A DNA stretch of 64,000 nt, taken from the NCBI GenBank assembly GCA_965285935.1, contig OZ260662.1, forward strand, positions 24,800,001-24,864,000, given 5' to 3'. The notes under the pieces were generated by a model, which had not been told where the DNA came from, searched no databases, and saw nothing but the letters and a program-made list of their open reading frames with translations. The translations under genes were made by a program, and so were the position numbers. Shown here piece by piece: positions 11,949 through 24,179 of the stretch. Position 1 is the stretch's first letter. Each line of letters begins with the position of its first letter. The stretch comes from Ophelia neglecta (taxonomy: Eukaryota).

Positions 11949-14900
11949 GTGAGCAATAATCTCTCAGGGATGGACCATTTGTATGAACGCAATGGTTTGG
12001 ACAGTGAGAAGATGCTGGCTGATTATCATTCGGCATTCACAGAATATTATTGTTTTTTAATCCACTTAGTCAATAAGACCAATGATTTACGACACATACT
12101 TTGTTTTGGTTTCTGCAAAAAAATATTCACATAACATGACAGTGCCCACCACACGTTTGTAGCAAGTTAGCAATATCGTTTCTCTGATCAAATCCCCACT
12201 CTCTACTCAAACTATATCCGGTTCGTCACTTGTATTAAAGGAAAGAGTTTATTTCTTAAACATATAAATATTATATATGTATTTGACGTTGAAACCAAAA
12301 AAAAATACTTATTTTCCATTAAGGCCGCGGAAGAGGCAGGGTTGCCCGCAAATCAATGCCAGAAGCCGGCGCCACTGAGCAGCGCCTGATACAACATTTG
12401 CTGCGGAACTACGATACGGACGCCCGTGGAGTCACCAATTCAAACGACACTGTACGTGTAGAAATACAGTTCCTGCTACTCAGGATTCAAGGATTGGTAC
12501 GTGACAATGTAATAGTGCCAATGATTTGGAGTGCATGATAGTTTGTTTACCCACAATTGGGTCAGTTTCTACCAAGGAATGGCCGTTTGCACCACGAAGG
12601 TGCGATTGTTACAAACATACATGGAGTTTCCCAACATGTGTTGTATGAAGGTCTTTAGTGTATGGCTCTGGGTCTGGGGCTTTGTAGTAATTTAGATGAG
12701 AAACGCCGCGAAAATATCAGAAAAATATTTATAACATATTGAATATATGGGGACATCCTATAAGTTGTATAGGAAATACTCCTGCGGGTATTCAATGGAT
12801 CTAGCCACTGAAGAATCCAAACATGCTTAAAACTGTTTACAAAGATTACTTTTTGTCTCACACACTGGTAAGCAAGACTCAAAATTGCAAGCACCACAAT
12901 AATAATATTATTCCAAGAGTTGACAAAATCATTAGTTTTAAATCATTTCATAAGACTAGCCAACTTTACGACTTATCCAAGCTTAATGTCAACCTCAGAA
13001 AAGTAGTTCGTGTAGTTTCGGCATGAGAGTGCTTGTGAACATAAGGGATTAGCACCAAAAGGGTGTTTTCACAGTGGGTGGTCACGGTCAATCTGATCTT
13101 AGTCTCGCAAGGTAAAATTGGGGTGTAAATCTGGAACAGTTTGGCAAATGGAGAATTCCAAGTAATGATAAAGCAACGATTGGTTAAACAAATATGCGTC
13201 AAAATGAAATACACGAATAGAAAAAAACGAAACAATGCAAGTTTACAAACTAATATGACAGCCAATTGTTTATGTGAGGCGGATAATCCGCTGGTTCATA
13301 TTGTTAATGTCAATTTGCTATGTCCAGCTATATTGTTCTGAACCGCATACTATTGGAAGCGGGTAAAAAGGTCAATACATTATATGTTTAAATCCTTAAA
13401 CCTGGGGACAAATTTAAAAAAAATTGCAACGTTAAGTAGGCAGCAGTGATCATAAAGGGGTTGCTGGTAAAACTATTTAATATATTTTGCCCACTGACAA
13501 AACCAGTGATCACTGGTTAATATTTTATTCGTAAAATAAAAAGAAGTTGTGGGGCATCTAATTTGCTCTATGCTTTCAACTTGCCATAACATAAACTGTA
13601 GTTGCAACTTGGCATGCATGTTGATGCAATCACTTGTTATTTTATTCATTCCATGGCATTTGCTTACAACTGTGTAACTTTGAAGACATTGATTAGTCAA
13701 TGAAGCAAACTTTCGTTTGTTTTCAGTACTTGCTTGGGGAAAGTATGAATGAGACACATCGAAAAAAACTGATTATAAAGTATCACTATGAATATATTAA
13801 ACACGTTTTCTTTTATGTTTAGGACGAACGCAGTCAGGTCCTGACAACTACTGGGCTCATAATATGCGTAAGATTGCACCTAATACCATAGGAAAACAAT
13901 TAATTGTTCAGATTCCAACAGTTTGTTACTACTTTTGTGCCGTTTGGCTAATAATACTATTACATTTTAGGAAATATCCATGATTTCCTATGGATTTCAC
14001 TATGCATTTTCAGTTTGTTTTCTAAAAAGTAGTATTATACTAGGAAAATCTGACCTGAAATACTGGAATAACATCCATAGTAGTTTTATCTGAGCGAGTT
14101 CTTTAAAAGTAAGTAGTGACTTATTCTATCACTTAAGTGCCATGTATCGCCCTTCTAGGATTGGCAAGATGACAGGTTACGATGGAACAAAGAGGAATTT
14201 GACTATATCGAGGATATCGTCATCCGACCTAACAGAATATGGCTCCCTGAGCTGGCTCTCATGAACGGGTATCATTATGATTCGATTTTTTATATGTTAA
14301 ACGTTCGATTTTTTAACAGCGCTATTAACTCTTTGCCTGATAGAGATTATCCTGGCTACAGAGGCATGCCTACTTATTTCAACGTAGGTGTATATTGCTG
14401 ATGTAGGATGAGGATTATTAGTTTAGTCTAACACGCCATAAGTAATTTGCTCGGCTACCTATGATATATTATGGCAGTTCCAATAGTTTTTATGCATTCC
14501 CCACATACTAAGAGATACCTTAGATGACACCTGTCTGCTACTGCAATATGCACTTCAACTACATACAAATTATCAACATAATAACCAATTCCGTTAAATC
14601 TGTGTATGATTGTTTTACCTTACAGGGCCGATGAGTTAGCACCAGACTTTAGAAAGATTCGCGTCCTGCTCCGTCACGACGGACACGTGCATTGGGAGCC
14701 TGGTGGAATCTTTACGACTACGTGTGACATCGATATTCGCTACTTTCCGTTCGATGAGCAAAGTTGCATCATACAGTTTGGAGCCTGGGCGTACTACTCC
14801 GCTCGAATGAACATCACGAATGCAAGTCACGAGGTGACGACGCATGATTTCAAATTAAATGGTGAATGGCACATTTTCCGCACAAAATCAGTGTGGAACG

Positions 14901-15990
14901 AGACTGTTTTACCGTGTTGTGCCAATACACGTTACCCGTATGTGGAATTTACGCTATTTCTGCGAAGACGGTACACATTTTACGTAATGAATATTATTCT
15001 GCCTTGTACCTTGCTGTCAGTTCTGGTGATGATAGTGTTTTGTTTACCGCCTGATGCTGGAGAAAAAATATCCCTGGGTATCTCTGTGCTGCTTGCTTTC
15101 ACAGTGTTCTTGTTGATGGTAGCTGAAAACATACCAAGGACCTCTTTACATATACCTATTATTGGTGAGAATTAACATGCCATGTCCGCTTTTAAAGTGG
15201 AAAGAAATTTACGCAAATATTTTGATTTCTATGTATAACCTTTGGTTGGTATACACTTGAAATTAGTTTGAATTCTAAGTCTGTAATCAACCCTAATCCC
15301 CACATTCCTATATTATTTAGCCAGATATGTCTATATGTTTGGCACTACTACAACCTGTATTCTGTTATGTCTACTTATACATGCCTGGCAAAGAAACAAA
15401 TTAAATATGTTTTGAAACGAAATACTCGGCCTATTCATCACACCTAACATGTGTTATATATTTTTCCCAATTGGTAATATAGTTTTATATTTTCAGTTAT
15501 GTACCTAGCTTGCACCATGGCGCTAGGAACAGTATCAGTGTGCCTAACCGTTCTGGTTCTGAATCTTCACCATAGGGATGCAGAACGACCTGTTCCTAAG
15601 TGGGCCAGAGTACTATTTTTGAATTTACTCTCAAAAGTGCTCTGTGTTCGAGCTCGAAAGCCAAAAACTTTGGCGGATAATCTCCTACTGGACTCTCCAC
15701 CTGGAGAAGTCAGTATTAAGAGCGGGTTAAAACGTATTGCCCGGGACGTGGGCTTACTTCGCCCTATGCTCCAGCAGAATGGGGACTTGGACCGGGGATT
15801 TACCACCCCGCAAAGCACAGTGATCCCAAACCGGGAGAGACCGCATGCAGATCACACTCACGACTGGAAGGAGCTGAGTAACGTGCTGGATCGACTATTC
15901 TTTTGGATAGTCTTCATCTTTATGTCGGCTTCGGCCGGAATTATTCTTCTGGTGCCTATGTATAAAGTGTCGGAGGTTGCTGATCTCTAG
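11867..15990 (+). CDS. Nicotinic acetylcholine receptor-like alpha subunit (Cys-loop cation channel), 6 coding exons: 11867-11948, 12324-12496, 13823-13867, 14159-14268, 14626-15164, 15497-15990; 1443 nt, 480 aa
   Basis: Hand-spliced: all introns are GT-AG and the phases (1,0,0,2,1) give one open frame. It has a signal peptide, an N-terminal helix EQRLIQHLLRNYD, WLPE loop A, Cys-loop CDIDIRYFPFDEQSC, loop B GAWAY, vicinal CC in loop C, M1 FYVMNIILPC, M2 GEKISLGISVLLAFTVFLLMVAE, M3 followed by LNLHHR, and M4 preceded by WKELSNVLDRLFFW. Confidence 0.96.
12324..12496 (+). CDS. nAChR-like coding exon 2 (GRGRGRVARKSMPEAGATEQRLIQHLLRNYD...LRIQGL)
   Basis: Acceptor ttccattaag|, in frame with ORF 12356; donor TTG|gtacgt in phase 0. 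Confidence 0.9.
13823..13867 (+). CDS. nAChR-like coding exon 3, 45 nt (DERSQVLTTTGLIIC; loop D)
   Basis: Acceptor ttttatgtttag|, donor |gtaaga; aligns with the conserved 45-nt DEKNQVLTTNxW exon of nAChR genes. Not in the ORF track. Confidence 0.93.
14159..14268 (+). CDS. nAChR-like coding exon 4, 110 nt (DWQDDRLRWNKEEFDYIEDIVIRPNRIWLPELALMNG; loop A)
   Basis: Acceptor ccttctag|, donor GG|gtatca in phase 2; WxDxxLxW and IWxP motifs. Not in the ORF track. Confidence 0.94.
14626..15164 (+). CDS. nAChR-like coding exon 5 (Cys-loop, loops B and C, M1, M2)
   Basis: Acceptor ttaccttacag|, donor ATTG|gtgaga; lies within ORF 14606-15175. Confidence 0.96.
15497..15990 (+). CDS. nAChR-like coding exon 6 (M3, cytoplasmic loop, M4, stop)
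   Basis: Acceptor tattttcag|; the split codon G+TT gives Val, then ORF 15499-15990 ends in TAG. Confidence 0.95.
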
Positions 15991-18900
15991 TACACAAGGT
16001 ACCGGATGTCAACACATATGTGACCAAACAACGTGTCCTTGCAACACACTATTCCAAACGTGGATAGTATTACTGCTGCGAATTAAAGACCTGACAACCG
16101 TAGTGATTTCCCTAGACCGTCATTGAGTTGACCCCGTTATGTTCATAACGCTTAACGGTTCGGATAAAGTCCTTGGTTTGATGCCTAGGAACAGCAGTCA
16201 TAAGATTAATGCGTGCTGTATTTGCGAACCTTTGTGTCTGATTCTAAGCAGAGCCTAAAGAGTGTCGTGCTTGCCTGGAGTATTTGCAACTCAACAGCTA
16301 ATCAGTTAACTAGCCTGGCAATACTGATACATGCATATGACAACGGATATTAACATTTTTAGTGTGCAATTCCGACTTATAATCGAATACAGGACGGAGG
16401 AAGCCCCGAGGAGTAGTCATATGCATAATTAAAGACACGTATGATAAAGTCAGAGGTTCTTTAAGGACATGAGGCGGGAACCACTTTCATTGTTAACGCG
16501 CATGTTCAATCAGAGTCTGTAGATTCTTCACATAACTAAGGCATACTGTTCAACACTTGAGGTTGTTCCTGCTATTACTTCTGAAAGCATGCTTAAAGGA
16601 AATGGCTGATATTCCTGCATTCGATATCATTCCTAATATATTCCAATGCCTCCTTGTAAATGTATTTATCTAGGCCTATACCTTCAACTACCTAATGATT
16701 AATGAGTTACTGTTGAACAATCATATGATGTACAGATTTTAATTTATATAGTGACACTGTGCCATTCATGTATAATTGTAAGCAACAGTGATGATGACAA
16801 AAGGCTAACTGCAATTGGGAAAAATATAGTTATAAGGGAATAAAATGTTAATCATAACCTGCCCAAAGCTTTTATTTTATGGTCGGTAAACTATTATAAT
16901 TTAATGACTAAGTCTCTTAGTCAAAATAACTAATTTCCCTTAGTTTTTGTGTCTAAGTGCATCTGTGCAAATGTTTCTCACGCTAGTCGCATGCTAGCCA
17001 CACGACTAACCTAAGTAAGTCAAACTGGTTACCCTTAAAATATACATAGGTATATAATAAAATCTTGATTAGTGTATCCTTCTATCTGGAAAGTTGTTTT
17101 TATTGTAGACTTTATAAGTTACACATTTGTTAATTTCTATACAACAATACACTGTTTTGTGAATACATCTGGTATGGTATGGTATGGCCTCAGGCATGGG
17201 GATGACAAGCCTGTGGCCCTACTTTGTATGTCATCGTCATTTCGTCAGAACCGGACACGATATTAGTTATAAATTATTAGTTGTAAGTATATAATATATA
17301 AAATTTGCATGCATACAAGCTATTATTAAATTTTGCCGAACAGAATCTTCCAGTGTATCTATCCTGCTCTGTAAATAGGGTTAGCGGTTGGTCGGTTATT
17401 TTTTTGTAGGCCATCAAGTCTGGTTGCTGAAATTAAATATATTTGTTATGTAGAAGTGCAGAGAAAAAAGGATAGCATAATGAATGAACCACGTTTCGTT
17501 ATCAAGCAATATAAAGCAGGATAATTTCACTGCAATAATTTAGCTATGCAATGCTTGCCATTTAGGTAACTTGAAACGTACGCCTCAATCGAAAATTCTC
17601 ACGCCATTTACCTATACCGGCAGTTGGGTCTAAAAAGATGTTCTACAAATAAAAATATGTCACTAACCTATCTTAGTGCACTTAACCATTTGACTTAATT
17701 TGGCCTTTTCGGGCTGACTTAGATTAGATATTTTCTCGCGACTTACACAATTTTGACAAAGATCTTGAAAGCTAATATTTTCAGTGAAAAAGGTTGAAAT
17801 ATCTATTGCATTATCAATCAACAGAGCTCTGATCAACACACAACAGTGTCATTTCCATAAGCACCATGTTGAGACAAATCTTTAAGATTCGGTAAATGCA
17901 ATACACCAGATAGGGGAATGAAGGAACTTTCGTCGGCCTTCAACTAAATAACAAAACCTAGTTACAAGAGCAGTAATAAAAGGTAATAAACGCTTGATAA
18001 TCTACGTCTTCTGGATAAACTATACGAACGTTGTTCTTCACTGGCAAAAATGGTAGAAGACCATTGGCAATTTAAGATCTAAGCATAGTTGTGGTCATAT
18101 CACAGTTAATGTATGAAGTATGAAGGTTTGGTTATGTAAAAATGAATATTAATGTATAATTATCTAGTTCAAGGAAATTAAAATGATTGTTTACCCTCAT
18201 TGATGCTTATTTGAATATCTTCACCCCGTCTAAACCTGCGGATCAATTTACAATTATTTATTGTTTCGAATATTCCATAGCATAAACATTAAAAAGCAAG
18301 CCTTTATTATCAATCAATGAATAGTATACATGTAATGCGTTGAAAATGCCAGTTAGGCAGTGGTTAAACTATAATTGATAAATTGTTCTGTTATAAACAT
18401 TGAAGTATCGTTTAATCCCTGAAGTAATGATACTAATTATAGCCCCCCTGCCAACTGGCCAACTGGCGCAGATTCATTCAAGGAGTTTAAACAGCACTGA
18501 TAAGAAGGCACAGGTCAATGATTGTCAGTCCCTAAACAATACTTCAGGGTTACCAAATGTGGAGTTTAAGGTTTCTTATCCACCATATGTATGCATGGGT
18601 AATACTTTCCTGGCAAATCACGAATGCAAACAAGTTGGAGAAATCGGGAAATATACCTGCATGCCCACGGCTCAGCATGTAAACTAATAAAGTTATTTCA
18701 TGAATTTGCAAATATAAAAGAGAATCTTTCAGCATTTTTGGTATTAGGCAGTGATCTATATTGTACAAAAAGTGTCAGGTCCGGGCTTGTTTTCTATCCA
18801 ATCTGAGTATAAAGGCCCGTTCAGAGTATAATTTACCATAACAAACAAAGCCAGCTTCAACATCGATTCTCCCGTAATAATTTGAGAATAATTAAGAATT

Positions 18901-21900
18901 AACTCCCGTAATATTTTGTACCCTCATCTAGAGTACCATTGTCTAGTTGTACGAGGACAGATTCCTTGTACTTGAGGATAACCTAGTCATTTGGTGAGGG
19001 TAACTTGTACTTCACAATTTGCCGCAGTAATTGTGTACTAAGAATGTCTCTCCTGAGTTAAGATGGCAAGGGGATTTTTAACCCCATTAGCATTTATATG
19101 AGCAGTGGGGCATTTTGCGCCTTGACATTTGCCCGCTGATTCAATGCCATCGATTGAAGGCTTGACCGATCCCATTGGAACCTGTATTCGTGCGGTCCTT
19201 AAATAGTGATCTATGGCTGTAACTCTCTTCCCACGGTGATTATATTGCCAAGTATTAGACACCACGTCTCTGTCATAGGAATAATGAATATCATCAAGCA
19301 CTTGTCATTTTCCAAGATATATCAAACTAGAAGAATGCAGCTTTAATACTTTAGTTTTTGAACTTCCTGGACGACCACTCGTTCTGCTATCACTGCGCAG
19401 CCCGGATGCGCAGCTTTATTGAAGGTCCGGTTGTGTACGGGGGGGGGGAGCTCTAAAAAAAAAGACGACCATATATAACTGAAGTCTTTGTGGTGCCATT
19501 TCACTCTTCCATCAATATAACAAGCAACAATTATGTGATGCACCAACTTGAGAAAGAGACAGAGAGACAGAGAGATGGTTGTAAATTGAAAATCAAACAA
19601 TAAGTGATTCTTAAAAGCGTCCGACCTTGCCTCGACAGGGTATTAATCACCCCTCTGCTGGGTCTTAGAAGTGTCCGATACAAAACGGAATTCGCAAACA
19701 CATGGAGGTTTAATATAGGATGTTCCCGACCTATAAGATACTATGCGTTGATAAGGTTTCTACATGGACACTAAGGAAAGCTATTTCATTAATGAATTCT
19801 CACCGGAATTAGACAGTATGCCATAAAAGGCGGAGGAATATAACATTTTATGCTATTTATTTATTTGGATATATACCGGCAATGGATAGATTTATCTCAA
19901 TGAAGGTCAAAGATACTTTTGTGATGGCGACGATGTTTAAGAAAGTACCACTTATTTGTTTTCGATTTACTATCGACTTTAGTAATTGTTCTGACTGTGG
20001 TAAATTTTATGGCACCCGTGATTTCTCTCTTAGGACTGACCTTCAATGTTTGATTTGTAATTAATTAAGGCCTACCGTAGGCTGTGTAATTACTGTTATT
20101 ATTGTTTTTATTGCCCGCCTAAGCTTACTGTCCCTCGGAAGAGACAGGCGACGTCATAATACCTAGCATGCAATTGGGCAATAACCAAAACGAATTTATC
20201 ATCATTTGCAACGAGAAGTCAAACTTTGCCCATGATAGGAAACAGACCTCAACAAACCTGTCAATGATCAACGTATACAAGCGAGCAGGGTACCTTTGAG
20301 CGACTAAGCATGAACCCTATACATTTATACATTTCTTCAATACTTAACACAATGCTACCGGAAGAAAATGTATCTCTGAAGGTGGTTAATTTCCTATTTA
20401 ACCTACCTAGAATATAATCATAGTTAGCACAACGTTGGTAATTAAGCAACCTGGGTCACCTGTGTTTTTCTTTACATTCTGAACAGAAATAACGCACAAT
20501 ACTACGAAGGGCACATGTCTCGAAACAGAAAGGGGACTGGATACCCGGCATCAACAGTAAAATCGTTATAATAAATAGTCTATTTATTCGGCCAGTAATA
20601 ACGTGTACCATGAACCGTCAGTGGCATCCACCCACAAACGTCAGGCTCCGTTCTGACTGTAAGTACCCATTTAATACAATAAATAGTAACAGAAATAGAA
20701 TTTGATATCATTAGCGTTACAGAGCACATAACAGTCGGCGATCAACAGCAGACAGAAATTAAATATCCCTAATTGTGAAGTCCAACTTATTCCTCTTGTG
20801 ATTCTGGTACTCAACATGAATTGTTTAAAATAAACACACAACAGGAGAAGGAAATAATAGCTCCTTGCCTAATATAGGGAAAACTTGTACTATATCTGCT
20901 TAATAAAGCAATAAAATTTTAACTATGGTATATGTAAAAGGTATGCCTTTTTTCTTAGTGAATACTTACAACTTCATTTTACGATGATATATCCGAACAT
21001 AGCAGGTGTGCATCGGCCGCACCCCTAGGAGAATAGATCAATCAAATTTATTGCCATCCCTCTGGTGGCGTATGAGCTCAAACTTTGGAAATTAGAACCT
21101 ACACATTAAATGTCGCAAGGAGGGAAATCGATTGTGTATAGACTTCCTAAAGCATTATATTGGTTACAGCATTCCACAAGTAGTCAAGGCCTATGTAATA
21201 ACTCCGTTGAATAGCTATCTAAAGTTGGATGATGACCGTTTTAATCAGCACATTTCTTAACCTCGGGTCAGTTATTTTTCCAGCAGAGCTTGTCTTATGT
21301 TAAATCAGCAAGAAAACCACATGAATTTACACAGGCCAAAAGTATCAAAGTAAACGCCCCTTATGCTGTGGAACTTGGAATATTACTGTCAGTGAAAAGG
21401 CAAATACTATAATTAAATTAAATAAGCTCTTTTGTTAGAAAAAGGTTATGAAGTTTTCACCAATTATAAATGTCACTTACACATTGTCTGAAGTATCTGT
21501 CTTTGAACGAAAATAAACAATCTACATAACTTATTGCAGGCGACGATTTTCTAGCTTAGTGCAACCTCCCTTGACTTAGGCAGCTAGTCATAAATATAAA
21601 TCAACAACCAAAAGAGCACACTTGGTCTGCTTTTGAATCCCGAGTGTAGGGCAAACACCTCAATGCTCAACTGGAAAATAATAAGTCTAGTTTAGACAGT
21701 CAAGAAGGTCAACAGGCCAGGGTGAACTTCGTATGTGATAGCATTGATATTTAGTTTGTGAAAATAAATATATATTAAGGTTATTTTACATATAAAACGA
21801 TATATTGGGTCCTATGTAACTGTCCCTAATTATCAGGTACCCCTAATTTCTAGGTGCCCTTTGTACCAGTTTTCACTATAGTAGCCCGACATAACTAATA

Positions 21901-24179
21901 ATGTTAATCTTTTTAAAACAGGTGTATTTTACATGTAGGCGGCTCAATCTCTCATGTATCTCTGTATACTAGTAGAAAGCAGTATGTTCACATGTCCTGT
22001 AATTCTTGGTTATACCGCTAGCCGCCACTAGTCCAGGACCGGTATTACGTCACCTCACTAATTAAGAACCGCCAGGTGATTACATTCGTTGGCGCACCTT
22101 ATCGCGGCTTATTTCATTTCATCCATCAGCATGCAGCTAAGCAGCACGCACTGCTACAGACGCTAGCGTTGGGCTTTTACATAGCGTCTAACATGTTCTC
22201 CCGACCAGTAAATAACTTGGTATGTACAACTCAATGTATTGTCCCATAGACTAATTACTACATGAGCTTTGTATTAAAGTCTGCATGTAATTATTAAACA
22301 GTTAAAAGTATGAACCATGTAAGTGGAGTAATGCCAACAAGTATATTTGAATGTAGACCACAAGATCGAGTTCTAACCTATGATCAATTTATTTCAGATT
22401 GTTTTCATATTTGTGTTTCATCGTCGTTCCTTGTCTTTGGTCATCTCATCTGTAAATACTACATAGCTAATATAAAGAAATAACCCCAGAGACGACTCCA
22501 CTTATTACATTATTGTCTTTATCTGAAACCTTGAATCAGCAAATCTAGTCCGTTGCCCCTAGACTAGTAAAGTTTCATTCGGGCCAATAAATATTACCAT
22601 ACACTAGCCCGAAAGTACTAATGCCTAAAATAGGAAAAGTCATATATAATCCTACATGACATTTTTTGGGTTATAAACGACAATGTATCATTTTGATAAA
22701 AAGACTGCATAAATAATGATGTAAGTATTTAATTACTAGTGGGTATTCCTTATCCTTAAACCGTACCGTGTATTTCATTATAAGTATGTTGTAAACGTTG
22801 GGCCAGTGCACAGTCATTCGGGCTGGTAATGGTCCAACTTAACAAGCATGAACGGACTAGGAACTTGGAAAGCATTTGTTGCAGATTAGGCAGTTTACAG
22901 GGTAGAGACGTTCTCGTTAGAAACAAATCGGTATTCAATGGCACCATACCTTCAATACGGTGTAGCAGGTCTTTATGGTATATTACAGAACCAACATAGG
23001 TTCTGCATCAATTTTACACAAATCTACAATACAATCATACCTTTCCCATCATTGTTTTATTTGTAGTCTCTTGATTCATGAGGGTGCATACACTATTTTA
23101 GCCGATTTTCGGGAACATTCATCTCTGCCCCAAGTTGACCACTAAGACTTGTTTGTGCCCCCAGCATAAAAAACTGGTGATTACTTGATTTCGTCAATTG
23201 TCTGTTGTATTCTCTTTAGTGTTCATATTTTCTAATTGGCTTTGACTCAAATAGTACACTTTTGGCAAATGAGGCAGTTACTCCAATGTAACTGGTGTAG
23301 GTGTTTTTTTTCTAGAAGGAAGGAGGAAGGTTTTTCGGTTCATCGCTACTAAAAGGTGGGCATCAGCTATTCACTGCTACCACTCTATTTGATACTCTAC
23401 TTGAGGCTCACACATACAAACACATAAAATTGAAGACCAGTTAGCAACCTAGATAAAACTTGAGCATATATTATTTTCTGATATGCTAGCAAATAGGAAC
23501 CCGACATAAACTTATGAGATGCGCAGACCGATAGGCTCAAGAATGCATGGATATACTTTCTTTTAGATGGAGATGTGAATAGAGTCGGAGCAGTTAGCTA
23601 TTACAGATTCATGAAATATGCTGCAACATGTTTATAAGTAAATCCGATTCTGTTTTCAATAACAGCACCAAAAAAACCCGCTTCAGCAAAACCTACAAAT
23701 GTCAAGTAGGTTTTTATCAGTGATAAATACTGTTTGAATGGCCATTTAACTAGGTCCACAGAGACAAGCATTGCTGCAAAACATGCAGGTACAGTCAATC
23801 GGTGTCTTATTTGCAATTTATTCAGCCTATCAAGTTGAGTTCAGGTTAGAAGAGCATAGGATGAGTTATACATTATATATTGTGCACAATTATTGCTCAA
23901 TAACAAATTTATTCCTTTTTTCTCCGTTAGTGGTTTATTAAATGGTTATATTGAAGCAAGGCATATAGCAACGTAAGTTATCAATCCAACCGATGATATA
24001 ACAAAATCAAAAAGCAGATTGACAATAAATTTGTAAGCGGTATAGAATACAAGTGCAGAAGCTAAAGCTTATTTTCCCCATTATAATTTGTTTTAAGCTA
24101 ATGATTTCTAAGTTCCATATGCAAAGACAATAATGAGAAATGAAACAGTAAAATTAATTCGATGGCCCACAATGGTTGA

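Noticed and set aside
12695-12745. Possible alternative nAChR exon 3 (reads DEKRRENI...)
   Set aside because: The AG overlaps the first codon, giving the wrong phase; there is no donor at 45 nt and a stop follows.
14606-14625. ORF-track start MIVLPY and end GEN for the 189-aa ORF
   Set aside because: Intronic read-through; the true exon limits are 14626-15164.
21035-21330. Possible very old LINE 3' end on the minus strand (LWNA-like motif, AATAAA plus ttga tail)
   Set aside because: Too degenerate to call with confidence.
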